Shown one piece after another: positions 26,892 to 32,000 of a DNA stretch of 32,000 nucleotides (the stretch's first letter is position 1; each line of letters begins with the position of its first letter). Origin of the DNA: Okeania sp. (GTDB lineage: Bacteria; Cyanobacteriota; Cyanobacteriia; Cyanobacteriales; Microcoleaceae); contig NZ_JAYKGW010000128.1 of the NCBI RefSeq assembly GCF_035285525.1, forward strand, positions 30,001-62,000, read 5' to 3'. The notes under the pieces were generated by a model, which was not told the origin of the DNA, ran no database searches, and worked only from the letters and a program-made list of their open reading frames with translations. The translations under genes and the position numbers were made by a program.

Positions 26892-27048
26892 AGGACTTAC
26901 GCACGAACGCTATTGGTAGGGTGCGTTTTGCGTTCCGCAAAGCTCCGCTTTATATGTCGGCTCAAGCGCCGAAACGCTACGCGACATATAAACCGCGCAA
27001 CGCACAACGCACCAATACTCTATATATAGTGCCTTTGCATAAGTCCTG
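26892..27048. mobile_element. MITE-like element, subfamily A
   Basis: aggacttacgca...tttgcataagtcctg, with the same core as 2175-2329. Confidence 0.8.
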
Positions 27049-27453
27049 TTTATTCTCCAAAGCCAACGGATTTGATATTAGTCTTCTTTTGGTCGAAAAA
27101 AGCGCGCCTTCTTCTATTCTTCATCCTCAAAAAGTTAGGATTTTGAATAGACAAGCACTAAAAAACTAAGGTAAAATTATTCCTCCCACCCTCTACTTTT
27201 TTCAGTAAACTCTAACTATTAACTAGGGATTGCTGAATAAAGTCTGATAGTTAAGGTAGGGAATAGTTAACAGTCAGTAGGAATAGGAGTTATAGAGGAA
27301 TTACTTGAAAAAATTGCCTCTTAATTTTTCTACTCTTGTGTGAGCTTTTTGTGCTATCTTTTTTAACCTTTTTGATCTAAAAGCTGGTACTTTTTCCCAA
27401 CAAACAAGTTACTGTTTTATCTGTCAATGATTTTATATTTCCATACCCAAGCC

Positions 27454-28587
27454 CTAACTATTTAACCTGACAACTGTACTATAATCATTCTGGACTTTCT
27501 TTTCATAATTCTTCCTCGCTTCTGACTCTTTATCTCCATAGAAAAAATTCAAAAGGGCAAACCTGAAATGAGATGTTACTGGAGTAGCTTCGTGCATCAA
27601 AGAACAAGAAAAAATCACCGCACTACCAGTATCAGGTTTATAGAAATGAGGTCCGTATTCTGGAAACTTTAAAAACCCTCCCTCATATTCCCCTGCATTC
27701 AAGTTTAATGTCATTGCAAATATTCGATGTTTCGTTCCTGGTGTAGTATTATCTCGATGAGCATTAAAAAAACCACCAAGATTGCCATCATAACAAGCTA
27801 TTTTATACCTTTCTTGTCTTGTAACATCAAAATTAAAAGCCTTTTTAATCTCTGGAAATACTCTTAAATTCATTATTTTATTTAAACTGTCAATAGTTTC
27901 CTCATCTCTTACAAAATGGTCTTTTCTAATCTTACGAGTGTGGTCAATATATCCTATAGTTTTCTCACCTTTTTGACGCATATAACCTGATTCTTTATTA
28001 CCTTTTGTCTGCCAAATATCAATCAAATAATTACAATATTCTAGAGAAAAAACGTTGGGGATTAACAGTACCGGAGCCTGCATTTGAATATGTCGCGGTT
28101 CTTCTTTAGGTAGTATATTTTTAATATCTTTTAAGATGGCTTCTATACTACTTGATAAATACTTGAGATGATAAATGTTAACTATTCTGTGGTTAGGATC
28201 AAGCAAAAAACCTGTCCGCTTATATGATATATTATCCGAATCTTTATTTCCCGGAAAACAAACACCATATTTACGACTAATTTTATGGTCATAATCTGAC
28301 AGCAATGGAAAAGGAATATTATTTTCTTCGGCAAATTTTTGATTAACTTTCGGTGAATCAGAGGTAATTATGTAAACTCGTAAATCAAATTTATTAAAAG
28401 TAGGCATTAAGTCTCGAAATGCACAAGCTATATCTTGACAAGCAGCAATTTCATTAGAGGCATAAAAAATTATAATTGCTGGCTTTCCGGCTTCGTCTTG
28501 AGAATATAATAATTTTTCTGACTGATCTGGTAAAGCAAAATAAATAGCACGATCTCCTACACTTAATGTTGTTGTGGATGTTATCAT
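27454..28587 (-). CDS. fusion protein: PrxQ/BCP-like redoxin domain + 2OG-Fe(II) (prolyl-4-hydroxylase-like) oxygenase domain
   Basis: 377-aa ORF. The N-terminal half is AhpC/TSA-like (PAIIIFYASNEIAACQDIACAFRD, with C-x4-C spacing as in BCP, and PFPLLSDYDHKISRKYGV). The C-terminal half has HRD (H-x-D), a distal H in SLMHEATPV, and R in RFALLNFF. Confidence 0.75.
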   Translation of the reverse strand: MITSTTTLSVGDRAIYFALPDQSEKLLYSQDEAGKPAIIIFYASNEIAACQDIACAFRDLMPTFNKFDLRVYIITSDSPKVNQKFAEENNIPFPLLSDYDHKISRKYGVCFPGNKDSDNISYKRTGFLLDPNHRIVNIYHLKYLSSSIEAILKDIKNILPKEEPRHIQMQAPVLLIPNVFSLEYCNYLIDIWQTKGNKESGYMRQKGEKTIGYIDHTRKIRKDHFVRDEETIDSLNKIMNLRVFPEIKKAFNFDVTRQERYKIACYDGNLGGFFNAHRDNTTPGTKHRIFAMTLNLNAGEYEGGFLKFPEYGPHFYKPDTGSAVIFSCSLMHEATPVTSHFRFALLNFFYGDKESEARKNYEKKVQNDYSTVVRLNS

Positions 28588-28745
28588 TTGATCATTGTAC
28601 CTTTGTTTAGCTATTAGAATTTACGCATAGACCACATACATAGCATATAGTTTTGAAAACTATAGCGTTATAATTTTTTAACTCTTAATTTATAGAGTAA
28701 ATTGGAAAAAAATATTGCTATCTGAAATAATTTGTTACAATTTAT

Positions 28746-28909
28746 CAGGACTTACCCATAATTGACCAGTTTTGGTCATTTGAGATTGCTATCCTGACGG
28801 ACTGCTTCGCCAACGCTGTTGCGGAGAGTTAAGGCGGGTTTTGCTCTTCGCTTCGTTGGGGCTGCGAGTCTCGCCATGAGAGAAATGCGTTGCGCGTTCG
28901 TAAGTCCTG
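28746..28909. mobile_element. MITE-like element, subfamily C
   Basis: caggacttaccca...gagattgctatcctgacgg...gcgttcgtaagtcctg. Confidence 0.75.
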
Positions 28910-28936
28910 ATATACTTAGAATTTAGTCACAGTAAA

Positions 28937-28970
28937 TTCTTCTTTCTTCTTTCTTCTTTCTTCTTCTTTC
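28937..28970. repeat. pyrimidine heptamer repeat (TTCTTTC)n abutting a start codon
   Basis: ttc(ttctttc)x3 ttc ttctttc, ending 5 nt before the ATG at 28976. Confidence 0.9.
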
Positions 28971-28975
28971 ATCAA

Positions 28976-30331
28976 ATGAGTAAAACTTCTATCACACCTG
29001 CTTTAATAACCAAAATAATACCCGACTCGATCGCTGCCGAAATAGGTTTTGAACCTGGGGATGCGATCGCTTCTATCAACGGACAAAAACCACGAGACCT
29101 CATTGATTATCAATATTTTTGCGCTGAGGAATATCTAGAAATACAAGTCATTGATGCTAAAGGTAAAACTCACAATATTGAAATCGAAAAAGACTATGAT
29201 GAAGATTTGGGGTTAGAATTTTCTACCGCTCTTTTTGATGGTCTTATTCAATGCAATAACCGTTGTCCGTTTTGCTTTATCGACCAACAACCACCAGGTA
29301 AACGAGATACTCTATATTTCAAAGATGATGACTATCGCCTCAGTTTCCTCTACGGTTCCTACTTAACTCTGACTAACCTCCCCCAACGAGAATGGGAAAG
29401 AATCGAAAAAATGAGACTTTCGCCTCTGTATGTTTCTGTTCATTCTACCGAACCAGAATTGCGATCGCGTCTTTTAAAGAACTCCCGTGCTGGTCAAATA
29501 CTGGAACAAATTCAGTGGTTCCAAGAACGACGACTACAAATACACGCTCAAGTTGTTGTTTGTCCAGCAATTAATGATGGTATTCATCTGGAACGCACAT
29601 TATTAGATTTAGCCAAATTTTATACTGGAGAGATACCCGCAGTTGCATCAGTAGCCGTCGTACCTGTTGGGTTGACTCGTTTTCGACCTTGGGCAGATGA
29701 ACTAATACCTGTCACTACTGCCAAAGCAGAAGAAGTTATAGACCAAGTGCAAGAAATTCAGGCCAAACTTAGACAAACATCTGGTACTAATTGTATCTGG
29801 TTAGCTGACGAATGGTTTTTAATTGCCCGTCGAGAATTACCTCCCGCTTCAGAATATGAAGATTACCCTCAAATTGGCAATGGTGTCGGTTCCATTCGCC
29901 AGTTTATATCACAATTTGAAACTTATGTCAAAGATTTTTTAGAATCAGACATTTGCTTAAGCACCCCAAGAAAATTAACGTGGGTAGTAGGGAATGCAGT
30001 TGAGAAAGCCTTTGTAGCGATCGCCAATCAACTGAATCAAATTCCCGGATTAGAAGTAAATATGGTAGCTTTATGTAGCAATTATTGGGGACAAGAAATT
30101 ACTGTAACTGGACTATTAACAGGCCAAGACTTGTTAGAAGGTTTGCAGGGACGAGATTTAGGTGAAGGCATTTTGCTACCTTCAGTCATGCTCAAACAGG
30201 GAGATAATCTATTTTTGGATGACATGACCCTAGAAGAATTAGCAGACCAACTCCAGACAACTATTTGGCCAGTCGCCGGAGTGGAGGAGCTGATATTGAC
30301 TGCTGTGGGCAATAGTCAATTAAACTATTAG
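28976..30331 (+). CDS. PDZ domain / radical-SAM-like / DUF512 protein
   Basis: 451-aa ORF. It has an N-terminal PDZ-like segment (SIAAEIGFEPGDAIASINGQ), the cysteine motif CNNRCPFC (Cx3Cx2C), and a long C-terminal region typical of the cyanobacterial DUF512 family as I recall it. Confidence 0.8.
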   Translation: MSKTSITPALITKIIPDSIAAEIGFEPGDAIASINGQKPRDLIDYQYFCAEEYLEIQVIDAKGKTHNIEIEKDYDEDLGLEFSTALFDGLIQCNNRCPFCFIDQQPPGKRDTLYFKDDDYRLSFLYGSYLTLTNLPQREWERIEKMRLSPLYVSVHSTEPELRSRLLKNSRAGQILEQIQWFQERRLQIHAQVVVCPAINDGIHLERTLLDLAKFYTGEIPAVASVAVVPVGLTRFRPWADELIPVTTAKAEEVIDQVQEIQAKLRQTSGTNCIWLADEWFLIARRELPPASEYEDYPQIGNGVGSIRQFISQFETYVKDFLESDICLSTPRKLTWVVGNAVEKAFVAIANQLNQIPGLEVNMVALCSNYWGQEITVTGLLTGQDLLEGLQGRDLGEGILLPSVMLKQGDNLFLDDMTLEELADQLQTTIWPVAGVEELILTAVGNSQLNY

Positions 30332-30676
30332 AATTTAAGATTAGCAAAAGTACAGCAGATTTCGACCAAATGATGTACTGAACCCCTAAACGGGTCTCTA
30401 AAATTAGTTGGGAGATGGAGAGATGGGGGGATGGGGAGATGGGTGGATAGTGAATATAAAGATCTAATTCTAGCTTTTTCCCTATTTCCCCTCCAGGGAG
30501 GGGTTAGGGGTGGGTTGACTCCTGACTAAAAAAAAACACACCTTTCTTTGTAAAGATAAGGTTAGGGGTTCTATAGGGTAAATGGTAAAAATCTTGTAGT
30601 GCGGGAATCTTGCCCACGATAGGTCTACCTGATAGAGTTGCAAAGTGCTGTATTAAGCCATTAATTGAAAATATCT

Positions 30677-30767
30677 CAGGACTTACGCAGCTACCCTAGA
30701 TATAGTGCTTAAAACTATTGCGCAATAGTTTTTTAACTCTACATATAGTACCTTTGCGTAAGTCCTG
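30677..30767. mobile_element. MITE-like element, subfamily B
   Basis: caggacttacgcagctaccctagatatagtgcttaaaactattgcgcaatagttttttaactctacatatagtacctttgcgtaagtcctg. Confidence 0.8.
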
Positions 30768-30802
30768 TATCTGTTGAACTTGGAAACTAAAGAATAAAAT
30801 CC

Positions 30803-32000
30803 ATGAGTGTTTTTCGTAATATTGTGGTAATGGGAGTGATTGGAGTAGTTATTTCAAATGTAGGTCAGGGTTCTTCATCCTTCCTAATTATTAACTCCCA
30901 AAGTGATACTTCTGAAAATTCGATTTTAGACCCAGAAGAGGTCAGGGAAGAATCTGTTGAGGTTCCAGAAGCTCAAAAAGTAAAATCGGATATTAATCTA
31001 GAGAATTTACAATCAAATTCTTCAGGTACAGAAGTAGCATCAAACAAACACTCAGAAGAGAATATTAATCAACAATTATCTGAGTCAAAATCTAATGAAG
31101 GGATACTTTCGGTATTAGAAGAATTGGAAGATATATCTAAACACAAAGATAGTTTATTTGTAAAGTTAAAGTATCAAACAAAAAAAGAAAGTATTTCTAC
31201 TTCTGGGTTAAAAATTCCACAAAATATTAGTAGTTATAGTTTTGCAGAAAACCAGAATTATAAGTTTAGCATAGACGAAAAAAAATTAGCAGGTTTAGGG
31301 AAATTAGATTTTCATTTATTAGATTTGCCCAAGTCGAACTCAGGAAATTATCAGGTTGAAAATAATATTAATAAGCCTATCATTCCAGAGAATAAAAATA
31401 CTCAAAAATTAGCAAAATCGAATAATTCAGATTCTAATTTATTAGATTTGCCCAAGTCGAACTCAGGAAATTATCAGGTTGAAAATAATATTAAAAATTC
31501 ACTTATTTCCAATGCTAAAAATACTCAAAAATCATTGAATCCTGAATCCCAAAAATTAGCAAATTTAGAAAATTTATCTTCTCATTTATTCGATATACCA
31601 GAGTTAAAATTAGAAAACTTTCAGGTACAAAATCAAATTAATCCTCTTCTAGGAAATAATTTGGCACAATCTATTTATCTAGGCAATAAAGACACTCAAC
31701 AATTTAATCTTGAATCACCAAAATTAGCAGAATTAGATTTCAATTTATTAGATTTGGCAGAGTCAACATTAGAAACAAAAAATACTCAAATTGAAACAGC
31801 AAAAATTCAGACAAACTTCCAGTCATCAACAACAGAAAATCAGAATCAACAAAACCCAATTAATACAAAAATAACACCTCAAAGAAATCCAACTCTGGGA
31901 AACTCTTACCAAATGATGACCAGTATTAATAACGCTCCTGTCATGGCAACCATAAACGACTTTTCCAATATTGAAACTCAAGCATCTGCACTAAATAACT
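30803..32000 (+). CDS. N-terminally anchored, N/Q/K-rich repeat protein (partial; continues past the right edge)
   Basis: ATG at 30803 opens a frame that I read without stops to base 32000. It is absent from the track because it has no stop in the window. It starts MSVFRNIVVMGVIGVVISNVGQGSS (signal/anchor). It contains about four degenerate ~41-45-aa modules of the form KLA.L..L..HLLDLPKSNSGNYQVENNI. Confidence 0.6.
   Translation, partial: MSVFRNIVVMGVIGVVISNVGQGSSSFLIINSQSDTSENSILDPEEVREESVEVPEAQKVKSDINLENLQSNSSGTEVASNKHSEENINQQLSESKSNEGILSVLEELEDISKHKDSLFVKLKYQTKKESISTSGLKIPQNISSYSFAENQNYKFSIDEKKLAGLGKLDFHLLDLPKSNSGNYQVENNINKPIIPENKNTQKLAKSNNSDSNLLDLPKSNSGNYQVENNIKNSLISNAKNTQKSLNPESQKLANLENLSSHLFDIPELKLENFQVQNQINPLLGNNLAQSIYLGNKDTQQFNLESPKLAELDFNLLDLAESTLETKNTQIETAKIQTNFQSSTTENQNQQNPINTKITPQRNPTLGNSYQMMTSINNAPVMATINDFSNIETQASALNN

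Noticed and set aside
1-32000. tRNA, rRNA, tmRNA, RNase P or riboswitch genes.
   Set aside because: A scan by eye found no tRNA-like acceptor/T-arm (GTTCGAATC-type) patterns or rRNA-like conserved blocks. The structured-looking segments all coincide with dispersed repeat families. A covariance-model search (Infernal/tRNAscan) would be needed to be certain.

Overview
This window looks like a chromosomal segment from a filamentous, Nostocales-type cyanobacterium. That assignment is an inference from three things: many HIP1 octamers (GCGATCGC, e.g. 950-957, 1665-1672, 11409-11416, 20339-20346), heptameric STRR-type tandem repeats, and a dense load of small MITE-like elements. Conserved housekeeping genes sit on the flanks: aroB, petL, a transketolase-family gene, purB, glgX and a PDZ/DUF512 gene. 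Between them are at least five decayed genes (DUF1311, DUF29, a large TPS/RTX-type exoprotein, a PIN toxin, and a 3' fragment of a TPR protein). At least ten copies of a MITE-like element share CAGGACTTAC(G/A/C)CA termini. The centre (11.3-24.0 kb) looks accessory. It holds a 1,898-aa protein with a P-loop-less N-terminal domain, TPR-like helices, a STAND-type P-loop NTPase, one TM helix, 14 near-identical WD40 repeats and C-terminal TPRs. A co-oriented orphan 456-aa P-loop ATPase lies just upstream. A 1,265-aa single-polypeptide Type IIG-like nuclease/N6-adenine methyltransferase is transcribed divergently from it. My best candidate for an undescribed system is the ATPase plus transmembrane STAND-WD40 pair, possibly with the adjacent restriction-modification (RM) fusion as part of a defence island. 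STAND-WD40 proteins are common in Nostocales, so novelty cannot be established without database and neighbourhood searches. I recognised no rRNA, tRNA, CRISPR array, intact transposase or reverse transcriptase.
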